Source: Camelus dromedarius (Eukaryota). From it: 64,000 bases of DNA. This document shows, piece by piece, positions 51,745 through 64,000 of the stretch (the stretch's first letter is position 1; the number at the start of each line of letters is the position of its first letter). Position numbers and translations under genes: made by a program. The notes beneath the pieces were generated by a model. The model did no database searches. It was not told the DNA's origin and saw only the letters and a list, made by a program, of their open reading frames with translations. The stretch is from positions 32,490,001 through 32,554,000 of the forward strand of contig NC_087437.1 in NCBI RefSeq assembly GCF_036321535.1, written 5' to 3'.

Positions 51745-53691
51745 TGGACTTCGGTTTCCAGCTGAGACAGAGTAACTTGCATCAATCCAACCCTCACACC
51801 AAAAACAATTTTAAATACTATACAAAAAGTATTTTTTAAGCAGCTGTTTGAAACCATCAGAGCGCAATCAATGCATCCCAGACTTGAGGAGCAAAGATCT
51901 CAGAGAAAAGATAAAAGCATTGAGGTAAGTTCGACTTTGTCTATCTCTTCTCCTCATAAGGCATTTATTAGTTTGTAAGGGGTTTAGGCCAGAAGCTGTA
52001 AAGAAAGTGGCACTTGGAGCTTTCCACACTCTCACAGGACTGTGATACAGGTAGCTGGAGTCCAGGCTTACCAAAGCAGCCAGGACTTGAAGGATCAAGA
52101 CCTAGGAGAGATGGGAGTTCAGGGATATGAAGCTAATGGTCTGAGCTGTCTTTTTTCTCCAAGTATTCACCTATTTGCCAACTGTGCAGGCAGAGAGGTG
52201 GAGAATCCAGGTAGAAAGAGCAGCTAAGAGACTGAAAAGCTAAACAGAGCTATCCACAGCCTTTAATGTTAAGGAAATAAAGATTGAAATTAAAGCCCAA
52301 GGAAGTTGAGGGGCCTTGGCAAAGACACAAGCCCTTCAGTTTGGAGCCCTGAAGGACTAACAATGGGAGTATGAGTACCTAGAGGGCCTTACGAAGTGCA
52401 AAGTCCAGCCTTGAGACATCTCAAATCTAAGACTTTAAGTCAAGGTGTTGACCCCACTCTAGCTGCCAATAGGACAACCAATAAAGGATTCTTAGCATTT
52501 TCATGAGGCCAGAAACACAAAAACTGAAGGTCAGGGTTACTAAGGGAGCCAGGACTTGAGGGGCTAGAATCCAGGAACAAAGTGACCCTTAGATAAGTGA
52601 ATCTAACATTCTGCACCACTTTTGTTTTTGAGGTATTTTCCAGTGTCTAAGCTCTATAAGGGCAGAGGCCAAGATGCGTAGCAGAAAGCAGCAGCTAAGC
52701 AGCTAAAATCTAAGTCAGACCTGACAAGGAGAAGAGGACTTAGAAGATATTCCAGGATTTTCCTTGAGACCCCTGAAGACCAAGTCCTAGTAGTGAGTGC
52801 AAACTAGAAATCAGAGAAGTCCTTACAAACACAAACTCACTTTCAACTCAACTCAATCCAAGACTAGATCAAACTGCCCACTGAACAAAAATTAAATTTT
52901 CCTGGGAAAATACTATCACTCAAAGCCTCTACAATTTTTCATATATAATATCTAATACCTTATCAAGAATTACCAGGTATATCAGTATATAAAACAACAC
53001 CAACAACTCAAAATTAAAAAAAAAAAAAGACAATTAAACAAGCCCACAGGTGATTCAGATATTTGGGTTACTATAGAGTTATTACAGATTTTAAATATCT
53101 GTAGATTAACATGTTCTCTAGACATAGAGACAACCAAATAAATAGAATTACTAGAGAGTGAGAATCCTTAAAAGAGAAATAGAAATTCTAAAACTGAAAA
53201 ATGCACTGATACTAAGAATGCAAAAGATGGGCATGATAAGTAAGACAAAGATTAGACATGGATTAGATGTATCAGAAGATGTGAACAGAAAGATGAGTCA
53301 GCAGAAAGTGTCCAGAGTAAAATACATTGAGACAAACAGAAGAAAAATAGAGAAAAGAGTATAAGAGGGCTTATAAGACATGATGGAAAAAATATGGGTA
53401 ACTGGAGCTCCAGAGGGATAAAGAGAGAGAATGTGATAGAAGCAGTATTTGAAAAGATAAATGGTTGAGAATTTCTCAAAACTAAGGAAAACATCAAGCC
53501 ACAGATTCAAGTGTCTATACAAATGATCTAGATAGAAACACAGAGTACAAGGAGGAATGATGAACAGGAAAACAAACATTTACAGAAAAATAAGAATGAT
53601 TACATAGCACAAAAAAAATAATGTCGGATAGGTTTTAAATATAGAGAGAGTTAAAATAGATGATAAATAATAATAACATAGAAAAAGTAAG

Positions 53692-53741
<50 letters not shown>

Positions 53742-53770
53742 AATTCAAGTTTTCTAAGATCCTTGCATTG
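51745..53770 (+). mobile_element. Old L1M 5'UTR and decayed ORF1
   Basis: Starts ggacttcggtttccag; ORF1-like remnants (aaatagaaattctaaaactgaaaaat...taactggagctccagaggga...gagaatttctcaaaact...aagccacagattcaag). Confidence 0.75.
53695..53738. repeat. (TA)n microsatellite
   Basis: Direct reading. Confidence 0.97.
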
Positions 53771-53999
53771 TCCAGGAAATTATCTAAAAATTCTAATTTA
53801 ATGTAGGATGATGAAAAGGTTATTCAGTAAATTTACAATATTCAATAGTAGTTAAACATGTGGCTCAACATTGGGAAATAAATTATATCTTACCATGTAT
53901 CTTTACAGAAAAGTAAGTTCTGGATGACAGAGGCTTAAATGTAATAGAAAAATGATAAAATTTTAATAAAATATATGAGTTATTTTTTAATTCTAATTT

Positions 54000-55440
54000 G
54001 CAGTAGACACTAATGAATCAAGGATGCATATTATAATCTCTAATAAGAGGACTAAAAAGGACTAATAAAAGAATAAAAGGGAATGATTGAAAAATAATTA
54101 ATACAAAAGAAAATGAGAGGGAGAAAAAAAGAAATAAAGGAGGGACAAGCAAAAAACAAAATTATAGGACAGCAGGTTCAAACACAAACACAGAAGTAAG
54201 TATATAACTCACAAATAGACTACATAATGCATTTTTTTAATAAAAAAGCTTACCAGACTGTGGAGCAAAAAAACTAAATACATGCTGCCTAAAAAAGACA
54301 ACCAGTAAGGCAAAAAGTAAAAGAATGGGAACACACGCCACACAAACATTAACAAAAAGAAAACTTACAGTTTTTTACAGACTTAGGGCAAGAAGTCTAA
54401 TTTGAGCAAATAGAAAGGGAATACATATAAATTAGCAGTTTTAGTGGTTAAGAGGGGACATTTCCTGATAATAAAGGGTTAATCAGGAAAATACAACATT
54501 TCTAAATTTGTGTGCACATAAAAATATAGCCTCAAACCATATAAAACAAAAACAGACAAAACTAAAAGGATAAATGAACAAATCCATAACCATAGGAGAT
54601 TTTGAGATTATCTGTTGTGGTAACTAAGGTAACAAATTGATAGAATAGACAAAAAAAAATATCAGGAGAGACAGAGAAAATTTGAACTAAATGATTGACC
54701 AATTTGACCTAATTGATTGTATGTATACACATATATCACTGTATTCCATACACATTCTTTTCAAATGTACATATACATTTACCAAGGTTATCTAATCACT
54801 GAGGCAAATAAAGTATCAACAAATAACAAAGTACTGAAATCATTTGAAGTAGTTTAGTCAGTTACTAGAATTAAAACAAAAATCAGTAACAAAATGATAA
54901 TTAGAAAATTCGAAACTATTTGAAAATTTACCTATATGCTCCTAAATAACCTATCAGTTAAAGAAGAAATCACAATAGAAATAAAAAATTATTTGGAACT
55001 GAATTATAATAAAAATAAGTTTAAAACATAACTTGCATAATATAGCTACGTGAAACTGAGAGAAAACTTTATAATCTTAATGCATATTTTAGAAAAGAGG
55101 AAAGGATGAAATGGATGATTTTAGGATTTATCTCAAGACTTTTTTTTAAGTGGGGAAATTAAATACAAAGAAAGTAAACAGAAGGAAATAAATATAAGAG
55201 CATAAATTAATGAAATAACAAAATAATAGAGAAAATCAATTAAATTGAAAGTCAAAATCCTTGTAAAGATTAATAAAATTGATTACTAAACTACTAAACT
55301 ACCAAAGGTTGATGTTTAGAATGAAAAAGAATAAATTGGCAGTATCAGAAATAAAAAATGGACATCACTATAGAACCTACAAACATTAAAAAGATAATAA
55401 TAAGATTATGAACAACTTTATACAAATAACTTCAAACTTA
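54000..55440 (+). mobile_element. Old L1M decayed ORF2 5' part (endonuclease region)
   Basis: agaggggacatttcctgataataaagg...atacacattcttttcaaatgtaca...aaagaagaaatcacaatagaaat...ggacatcactataga...tatgaacaactttatacaaataa. Confidence 0.8.
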
Positions 55441-55447
55441 AATTAAA

Positions 55448-56738
55448 TATATCCCATGCTCTTGGATTGGAAGAATTAATATTGCTAAAATGGTCACACT
55501 ACCCAAAGCAATCTACAGATTTAATGAGATCCCTATCAAATTACCCAGGATATTTTTCACAGAACTAGAACAAAAAAATCCCAAAATGTATATGGAATCA
55601 CAAAAGACCCAGAATTCCAAAGCAATACTGAAGAAAAATAATAAAGCTGGAGGAATAACCCTCCCAGACTTCAGACAATACTACAGAGCTACAGTAATCA
55701 AACCAGCACAGTATTGGCTCAGAAACAGACATATGGATCAATGCAACAGAATAGAGAGCCCAGAAATAAACCCACACATCTACAGTCAATTAATCTTTGA
55801 TAAAGGAGGCAAGAATATACGATGGAGAAAAGAGTCTCTTCAGCAAGTGGTGTTGGGAAAACTGGACAGCCAACCGTAAACCAATGAAGTTACAACACTC
55901 CCTCACACCACACACAAAAATGAACTCAAAATTGCTTAAAGACTTAAATATAAGACAAGACACTATGAACCTCCTAGAAGAAAACATAGGCAAAACATTT
56001 TCAAACGTAAATCTTAGCAATGTTCTCCTAGTCTACCCAGGCAATAGGAATAAGAATAAAAACAAACAAACAAACAAATGGGACCTAATTAAACTTACAA
56101 GATTTTGCATAGCAAAGGAAACTATAAACAAAACCTACAGAATGGGAGAAAATATTTACAAAAGATGCAATTGACAAGGGCTGAATTTCCAGAATATATA
56201 GACAGCTCATATGCTTAATAACAAAAAACAAACAAACAAACAAACAACCCAACCCAAAAATGGGCAGAAGACCTAAACAAGCAATTCTCCAATGAAAACA
56301 TACAAATGGCCAATAGGCACATGAAAAAATGCTCAATATCGCTCATCATCAGAGAAATGTAAATCAAAACTACAATAAAATATCACCTCACACCAGTCAG
56401 AATGACCATCACTAAAAAGTTCACAAACAATAAACGCTGGAGAGGGTGTGGATAAAAGGGAACCCTTCTACACTGTTGGTGGGAATGTAAATTGGTGCAG
56501 TCATTATGGAAAACAGTAGGGAGATTCCTTAAAAAAAAAACTAAAAATAGACTTACCATATGATCCAGCATACCCACTCCTGGGCATATATCTGGAGAGA
56601 ACTCAAACTTGAAAAGATACATGCACCCCAGTGTTTGTAACAGCACTATTTACAGTAGCCAAGACATGGAAACAACCTAAATGTCCACTGACAGGTGACT
56701 GGATAAAGCAGTTGTGAGATAGATAGATAGATAGATAG

Positions 56739-56785
<47 letters not shown>

Positions 56786-57270
56786 GGAATACTACTCAGC
56801 CAAAAAATAATAATAAAATAATGTCATTTGCAGCAACATGGATGGACCTAGAAATTGTCATTCTAAGTGAAGTAAGTCAGAAAGACAAAGAACAATACCA
56901 TATGATATCACTTACATGTGGAATCTAAAAAAAGACAAATGAACTTACGTACAAAACAGAAACAGACTCACAGACATAGAAAAGAAACTTATGGTTACAA
57001 TGAGGGGGAGGGGCTGGAAAGGGATAAATTGGGGGCCTGAGATTTGCATATACTAATTACTATATGTAAAATAGATAAACAAGTTTATACTATATAGCAC
57101 AGGGAACTATCGTCAATATCTTGTAGCAACCTATAATGAAAAAGAATATGAAAATGAATATATGTATGCATAGGTATGACTAAAACACTATGCTGTACAC
57201 CAGAAACTGACACAACATTGTAAACTGACTATACTTAAATAATTTTTCTAAAAGTTTATTTTGAAAAAAG
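55448..57270 (+). mobile_element. 5'-truncated young (camelid/cetartiodactyl-type) L1: ORF2 C-terminal part and 3'UTR; non-functional
   Basis: ORFs '[24 protein letters not shown]...[20 protein letters not shown]' and '[13 protein letters not shown]'; collinear with the 12.85-14.57 kb copy; frameshifted. Confidence 0.97.
56717..56783. repeat. (GATA)n-(CA)n compound microsatellite inside L1
   Basis: Direct reading. Confidence 0.97.
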
Positions 57271-60200
57271 CCCATCTTTTGAGACAATTATCTTAATGCA
57301 GATCAGAAGTTCTATTTTGGAATTCAAAAGCTGAACATCGGATCTTTCTTTCTCTTTTCATTCTGTTGTAACAGTCCTAAGCTTCCCCAAAGCATTGGAT
57401 GCCTCTGGCTGGATAGCAGAAGATCACGTAAAAGGAAGTACAAAAAGGAAAAGAACATTAAAATATTTCAAAAAATACTATTCCTGTTACACTTTTCATA
57501 AAGCCCAGAATCAAAAGAACAAGTAGATGTAAATTAAAACTGTGATACAATTTTTCAAGATAACAGCAAAAATACATGACAGATAACCTTTGTGGTAGAG
57601 AGGATGCTTAGAAATACCGATTCCATATGGTATTGGTACATGCATTCTGAAGAAATGAGGGACACGGCTCATGGCCTGTGGACCTCTGCTGTCTTCAGAG
57701 TTTGCGTAGTCAGCCCAAACCAGTATTCAACAGGCTCTTACACAGGCTTCTATCCCCAGAGCAACTATAGGAACTTTTGAATACACCATCATCTCTCTCA
57801 TCATTCCTCACAACTTCTGTCCTTCCCTCTCTATTGCCCAGCGTTACTGGCCCAGGAGCTTTTTGTTCACCTGGAACAGTGAGGCTCTGGTGCCGGTGAT
57901 TGGACCTTCTGCTCCTGAGCCAGAAGAAACCATGTGAATCTGAAACCTTGAAAAAAAGAATCATCCTATAGACATAAATCCATCTTTCAGTCAGTGGCAA
58001 ATTACCACCTTGTTGGTTCTTTCTCTCCCACTAATGTAAAAAAGCCTGGTTTGAAAACAATCAAGCAATAAGAAACCCCTGAAAAAAACCCGTGCTGGGA
58101 GATTTCACCTTCTATTGGCTCAACCACTGGATATGGGTAACCCTCAGTGATCTTAGCAAATAAGGGTGAGAATCTTAATGATTAGCGTCCACTGAGAGTG
58201 TGATAAGACAGAGGCTGGTTGTTCATAGTTCTCTTTTTCTTTCTCCCATCAATGAAGATGGAATAAATGTATCAGAAAGGAAAACTAGATTGAAAGAGGA
58301 GGGAAATAATTTATTGGAATTCTGCTGAATGTGTTCTATCTTCTCTTTCTTTCTCATTCCAACATACTCAAGTAAAATGGTTAAATTTCCAGATAGGAAA
58401 AAAGCATATGGCATCTTACAAAAATATCTAAGTTTCCCAATAAATTCCCCCATTTTTGATCATGTACACTGTAAATGCAAATTTGTATATGTTCATTTGC
58501 ACTCACTAGATTTTCAAGAAATGTACAATTGAATGAATAAAAAAAAATAAGCCTAAGAGAAGTTCTTTTGTCAAAGTGGAATGACAAAATCAGATCTTAG
58601 ACAATTACTCTAGTAATGTGAAGCATTGTTAAAAGATAAACTCCCTGAACCAATTGAAAGTCAGCACTGATTGATCAGTGTCTTGTTTAGATCGTTAATT
58701 CAGCCCAACGACATTTATTGTATTCTAATGTCCAATAGCCTAATTATTCACATTGTAAGCACTTAGAATCAGATACTCTTAAAGACAGAAAATGAGAGAC
58801 AATAAGATGCAGCTCCCACTAAGGCCCAACAGTTGTGGAACCCCAGGGCCACATCTGAAGCAATGGAAGATCAATTGTAGATGTCATATGTGGCTTAAAT
58901 TCCAAACGTGAAACTTTGTTATCGTATTTCAACTCATCCTACTATAGAACAGCAATAGCTGCCCAAATCCTTCTTCTGGTTGTTACTCCTTGATAAATTC
59001 TTAGAGATAACTGAAGTCAAAAGTTTCATGGCAAATAAAAGGGCTGCTTTATATTCCTGTAGAAAGCATCATAGAACTTGCCACACCTGCAGAAAGTATC
59101 ACATGAAAGCATTATGAGCATTATTTGATCATAGATTGGAGGGTAAATCCCTAAACTTTCATAGCTAATGTCATGGAGGGCAACTGAGTTCCTACTAAAC
59201 AACCCTTGGTGTCATAAAATCCTAAACAAAGTCTGGATCCAGGAAAATAATTTTTATGAATTATATTTTATGAAATCACTTCATCTTTAATCAGGATCCA
59301 AAATCATCTCCTTTAATGAATCAAAGTAAATTTGACATTGCTAAATAACATCTTGTCCCTCATTCTACAAACATTTATTAAATTCCTGTTCTGTGTCAGG
59401 CAGCAAGCTCAACTTTGCACAATGCTTTACAGTACATACAAAGGCATCTTCTCACTTGATTCTCTTACCAGCCCTTTGGGGCTACTGTTATTATTTCTAC
59501 TTTATAGTCAAATAAACAAAAGCCTAGAGAATTTAAGTGCCCAAGATCAGTAAGTAAGAAATGGAGCTCATTCTTAACCCACAATTTTCCCATGGAATTG
59601 GATATCTTGCTTAAAACTATGTAAATACTAAACCCTAAAATAAAATTCTCACCAGATTTTAAGTCTCAGTAATATAGATTTTCCAAGTTCCTTTCAACCA
59701 ATCAAAGCCTGAGAGAATCCATAATACAACCACAACTCTTCAAAGCATGTTTTTTTGAGTCATCCCTCTCTAAGTGAGACATGTTATTTTGGGCAGTCTC
59801 ATGTGATGAAAGAGATAATGGGCTCTTTGGGCAGTAATAAAAACAAAATCAATACTTTGACAGTAAGTAAAATACAAATTGAAACTTTAAAAACATAGGA
59901 TTTTCTGATTTCACAAATGAGCCGTCAAGAAACTTTGGGTTTAATTTCTTGGTGTTATTTTCTCTGTCACTTAAAATAATAACATGCCAATTTATGAAGT
60001 CTTTTGGGCTCACTTTAACATGTAAATGAACAACTCAAATTCTATTTGAAAACTTCAGCTTTCATATATAGGATCAAAAATACAGAAGTATGGGAAGAAA
60101 GAGTCTGGGTAGGTCCTCAAGCCCAAGGCTAGGATGGGCTGAAGAGAGGCTCAGGCAGCAGGGGAGCTGGGGCTTCAGGGTCATAGTCAATTAGGAAAGC

Positions 60201-60477
60201 CTGGCTATTTGAGGCAGAGCATCCCTGGGGCAGTGCTTTGTAGTTGTATGGTTTTAAATTGTATAGGTTTGTATTTTTTTTTGAGAGTGAAGATCAAGGT
60301 GGCATGTGACCAATCAACAGATACCAAGATTGGAGATCTGAGGGAGAAGAGGCCACATCCAATGGGTCAGTCAGAAAAGTCTGCTCTGCCAGATTTGGCA
60401 AATAAATGAGTAGAACAAGATGGCCAGCAAAGGAAAAGACCCACTAGCATTTCCTAAGCAGAAGAGTATCAAGAATA

Positions 60478-60941
60478 TGATGATACTCACGTGACAAGTC
60501 TTAAGATTTTACCCTATTTTCAAGCTAAGAGGTTCACCTGCCAGTTTCATGGACTCTGGCAGAAGATACAAGACTCCTGGGTCAGAGACAAAGGACTTTA
60601 CACTCAGAGCACAACAAACAGCATTAGCATCAGCATGTTTGCATCAATTCCCCTTTGCTCCCAAGTTCCCCAGGGCAATGTGGATGGACCCCTGTGGATG
60701 GACCCCTATGCATGCCTGCACATGCACTGGGCTTCACTATGGGAAGGGAATCCTGACCTTAGGGAACATGAATCTTCTATAATGAGAAGTAACCTTGCTG
60801 GCCCTCTGCTCTGAAAGGAGATACTACCTTGCTCACTATACAAGTATCTTGAAAAGAAAGTCTAGAAAGAAGGGCAATCAATGTCTCTCTTGCAAGATAT
60901 GTAGACATGCAAGAGAAATGAAAAGAGAATTATCTCTTAAC
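60478..60941 (-). mobile_element. ERVL-class solo LTR (MER76-like)
   Basis: taagattttaccctattttcaagctaa...ctggcagaagatacaagactcctgggtcagagacaaaggacttta...gagaattatctcttaaca (minus-strand start tgttaagagataattctc). Confidence 0.7.
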
Positions 60942-61055
60942 AAAGAGTTGCCTCCTAGGTGGTTCTACATCCAGTCTCTCAGCTGTGGTCAATTAAAAGG
61001 ACAACTGTGACCCAATCATTATGTCTCTGAAAATCTGGACAAAGAGAGGAGAATC

Positions 61056-62410
61056 TGTCCTATGGTGGGCTCTCCAAAAGCACACTTTGAGATGAAGATT
61101 CACAGGTGAATGATTTATTAAAGAAATTATGCCATTAACAGATACATATTACTATGTATAAAATAAACAAGGACCTACTGTTTAACACATGGAACCATGT
61201 TCAGTTTCTTATAATAGCATATAATGGAAAGAATCTGAAATATATAAATATATATATGTATGTATATGTATAACTGAATCGCTTTGCTGTGCACCTGAAA
61301 CTAACATGCAAAGCAACTACAACAAAAAACAAAATTTAAAAAAAATTATCTCTGAACAATCCAGTAAAGGAGTAAGAGGGAAGCAACATTGAAGGGGGAA
61401 TTTCAAGTAAAGTTCTATGATAGCTTCAGAGCTGATCCTGAAGAAAACTCTGGAGTGTAGATTATGCCTCAGCATTGTCCTGATCTGAGGAGAGGTATCT
61501 GGACTTCCAAACAGCTATCCCTTTCAGTCACTGGCTAATTCCACTACAGGGGGATGTAAACTCTCAGGCACTTATAGCTCTCTGTGTTTACAAGAAAAGT
61601 AGCTCCAGTACCCCACAGGCAGATTCCTAAGGAAGAGAAAACGATGAAGACTACAGGAGGCAAAAGCAAACTAAAGCAAGGGTAGAACACAGAAATGGTA
61701 AACGGGGCTGAGGTGATCTAATTGCTTAGATTCTCTCATATCTCACATTATGTTCACTTCATACCATAATAATAGTTTCTTCAAAATGATGGGTTGGTCA
61801 AATTTTCTAGGGGAAAAAACTTGTAAGAGGAGAGCTAGTGGGATGAGTAAAAGCTCACTGCTGCTTGATCTCATATTCATAACTGGTATTCATTACCTCA
61901 TTCCTTTACCATCCATTCTAGATTTCCTTTATCATTAGCTAGCACTGCTGCTGGTCTAGGCAGCTTGCCTGGGGGAATGAACCAGACCGCCATCTTTGAG
62001 GGATGTGAGCCTAGTTACGACTCTTACGATCTGAGCCCAAATCAGACCTCCATTGCTGTAACTGTCCATTCACAGGTAAAAATAACTATGGGAGCACCAG
62101 TGCATCTCCTAGATCTTCTCACCATTTTGTAGCAGCAACCCTAACTCTTCATGATGCTCAGGATCAGTTACCTCTGCCAATACGGTAGCTCCTTTCTTTT
62201 CTACTATCACAAAGAGCCCTAAATGACAAGGTGTCAGCCACAGCTTTATTTTACATGGGAGGAAGTGTTCCTCCTCTGGGGACCTCTAAACTCACAGAAC
62301 CTAAAGAAAGTTGTGTGGCCATTTGCATACGGACCCACTTGCTATCCTATAAGTGAGTCCCTGGGGCTGAGCTATTCACAGATACTTTTAGCTTACCGAC
62401 TCCAGTAGCC
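61056..62410 (-). mobile_element. Old ERVL-class LTR with adjoining internal remnant
   Basis: tgtcctatggtgggctctccaaaagcacactttgagatgaagattc...atttatt (LTR33/41-like end); downstream ccatccattctagatttcc...gctgctggtctaggcagcttgcctgg resembles ERVL internal sequence. Confidence 0.55.
61131..61345 (+). mobile_element. Cetartiodactyl-type L1 3' end inserted in the LTR
   Basis: attaacagatacatattactatgtataaaata...aacaaggacctactgt...taactgaatcgctttgctgtgcacctgaaactaaca and A tail; possible TSD aa[g/a]aaattat. Confidence 0.85.
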
Positions 62411-62589
62411 CAAGAGCAAACTTTCAAAAAAGTCACAGGTTCAGATCACTGGATGAAGTTTGGGGAGAGGTACAGAGAAATGATCAAAGAGATCCAAGGG
62501 CTTGTGGGTAGGGAACGAAGAGTATGTGCTATAGAATCAAACAAGAAAGTTCCAGGCAAATTATTGCTTCAAGAAGCTTGTAATTTTCT

Positions 62590-62880
62590 AGGCTTCATTC
62601 ATTCAATGAGTACCCAAAATGTGCCCAGTGTAGTGCTAGGTGCTGATGGCACAGATACAAGTAACACACTGTACTTTCTTCACCCACAGAGTTCACAGTT
62701 CAGTGTGGGAGACAGACGAGTAAACCAATGTTTGATATTTTGGTGACAAGGAGCACAAGAGGAAAGTGAGGAGTGACTGAGAGTCAAGAAGGCTCACAGA
62801 GGAAGTGCCTTCTTAACCAGGTCTGAGATATGAATACAAGTTCACCAGCCAGAGTATTAGCCTCAGGAGAGGGTAAGAGA
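62590..62880 (-). mobile_element. L2 3' fragment
   Basis: ttcattcattcaatgagtacc...atgtgcccagtgtagtgctaggtgctg...gagttcacagttcagtgtgggagacagac. Confidence 0.7.
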
Positions 62881-62893
62881 GAGACAAAGATAA

Positions 62894-63403
62894 TGTCTTC
62901 ATTTGGGTTGCTATAACAAAGTACCATAGACTGGTGGCTCTTAAACAATATAAGAAATTTATTTCTTATACTTTTGGAGGCTGGAAGTCCAAGATCAGGG
63001 TGCCAGAATGATCAGATTCTGGTGAGAGCTCTCTTCCAGGCTACAGACTGACAACTTGTGTCTTCACATGGTGGAGAGAGAGAGAGAAAGCTCTTTCATG
63101 ACTTTTTTTTTTCTGGTGGGGGGAGGTGGTTGGAGGTAATTAGGTTTATTTATTGATTTAATTTTTTTATGGAGGTACTGGGGACTGAAGCCATGCTAAA
63201 CATGTGCTCTACCACTTGAAGTATTCCCTCCCCACCTTTCATGACTCTTATAAAGGCACTAATCTCATTTAAGAGGGCCCCATCCTTGTGGCCTCATCTA
63301 AACCTAACTACCTCCTAAAGGTACCACTTCCTAATACCACTACATCGAGGGTTAGGACTTCAACATAAGAATTTTAGGGGGCACAAACATTCAGTTCATA
63401 ACA
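62894..63403 (-). mobile_element. MLT1A0-like solo LTR interrupted by a SINE
   Basis: tgtcttcatttgggttgctataacaaagtaccatagactgg...ggaggctggaagtccaagatcagggtgcca...cacaaacattcagttcataaca; flanks gataa/gagaa resemble a 5-bp TSD. Confidence 0.9.
63104..63235 (-). mobile_element. Camelid tRNA-derived SINE (Vic-1-like) with internal deletion
   Basis: T tail, gaggtaattaggtttatttatt...ggaggtactgggga...catgtgctctaccact...ccctcccc; perfect TSD ctttcatgact (63093-63103 / 63236-63246). Confidence 0.9.
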
Positions 63404-64000
63404 GAGAAGGAATATTCATCCAAATCCAAAATCCAAACACATGGCCCATTTTGGAAGTATAGCAATACAGGTGGGCAATGCCACAATTTATACTATGGCA
63501 TAGTCTCAACTTGTAATGAGATCTCAGGCCTCCCTGTGCTCATCCCCAGTTCTGCCAAGCAGAAGAGGAAAACAGCATGAGTTAAGGTCAAGGGTAGTTT
63601 GGGGCCCTCATAGTAGGAGATAAAGCATTCAGCGGAATATTTGAAAAAGTTAAAATCTGTTCCTGCATTCAATTCTCTTAAAAATGGGAATAACAGCACC
63701 ATTTGTGGGAATCTGTCTCTTGGCATTTCCTCTCCTAGGTTCTTCTTCTGTTCTACTGTTCTGCTCTTCTTCCTGCCTCGAACTCTGATAATAATATGGA
63801 GAGCTCCAAAGCTTAAGGCCAAGTAGAAATCAAGAAAATTAGAACAAAAGGAACCCCAAAATATCCCTGAAGCCCCTCAAAGAAGGGAGCTAGGCTAGAC
63901 CTTATAGAAATTACAAAGATTTTTCTCCTGTTCCGGCCAATGTTTAAACTAAAATCAATCTGCTTGATTTATTAAATTTCATTAAACTGACACTAATCTT

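Noticed and set aside
55490..56646. 129-aa and 125-aa ORFs / active retrotransposon
   Set aside because: Truncated, frameshifted L1 ORF2 with no RT core
1..64000. NUMT, non-retroviral endogenous viral element, or prokaryotic/foreign insert
   Set aside because: No long ORF (maximum 133 aa), no compositional discontinuity and no recognisable mitochondrial or viral motif; a TBLASTX search would be needed to exclude highly decayed inserts

Overview
Mammalian non-coding nuclear DNA, very probably camelid (alpaca/llama/camel): it carries two camelid-type tRNA-derived SINEs and several cetartiodactyl-type L1 3' ends. I found no convincing protein-coding exon, RNA gene, NUMT or non-retroviral viral insert. 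The supplied ORFs are decayed L1 ORF1/ORF2 fragments, microsatellite translations or chance ORFs. Much of the window is transposon debris of several ages: ancient L2, L3/CR1, MIR, hAT/Tigger and MLT/ERVL LTRs, older L1M, and young L1/SINE insertions with visible target-site duplications (TSDs). Between these lie apparently repeat-free, TAAT/ATTA-rich blocks with retained CpGs (about 14.8, 27-28.7, 34.6-36.4, 49.9-50.3 and 58.6 kb). They resemble conserved developmental enhancers, which suggests a large intron or gene desert in a regulatory landscape (inference; host gene not identified). I see no evidence for a novel biological system. The best leads are the candidate enhancer clusters, a CpG-rich patch beside an 18-unit GGAAA tract, an RFX X-box in an old transposon, and recurrent microsatellite birth at one L1 site. 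Repeat family names come from recalled consensus motifs; boundaries are approximate unless TSDs are quoted.
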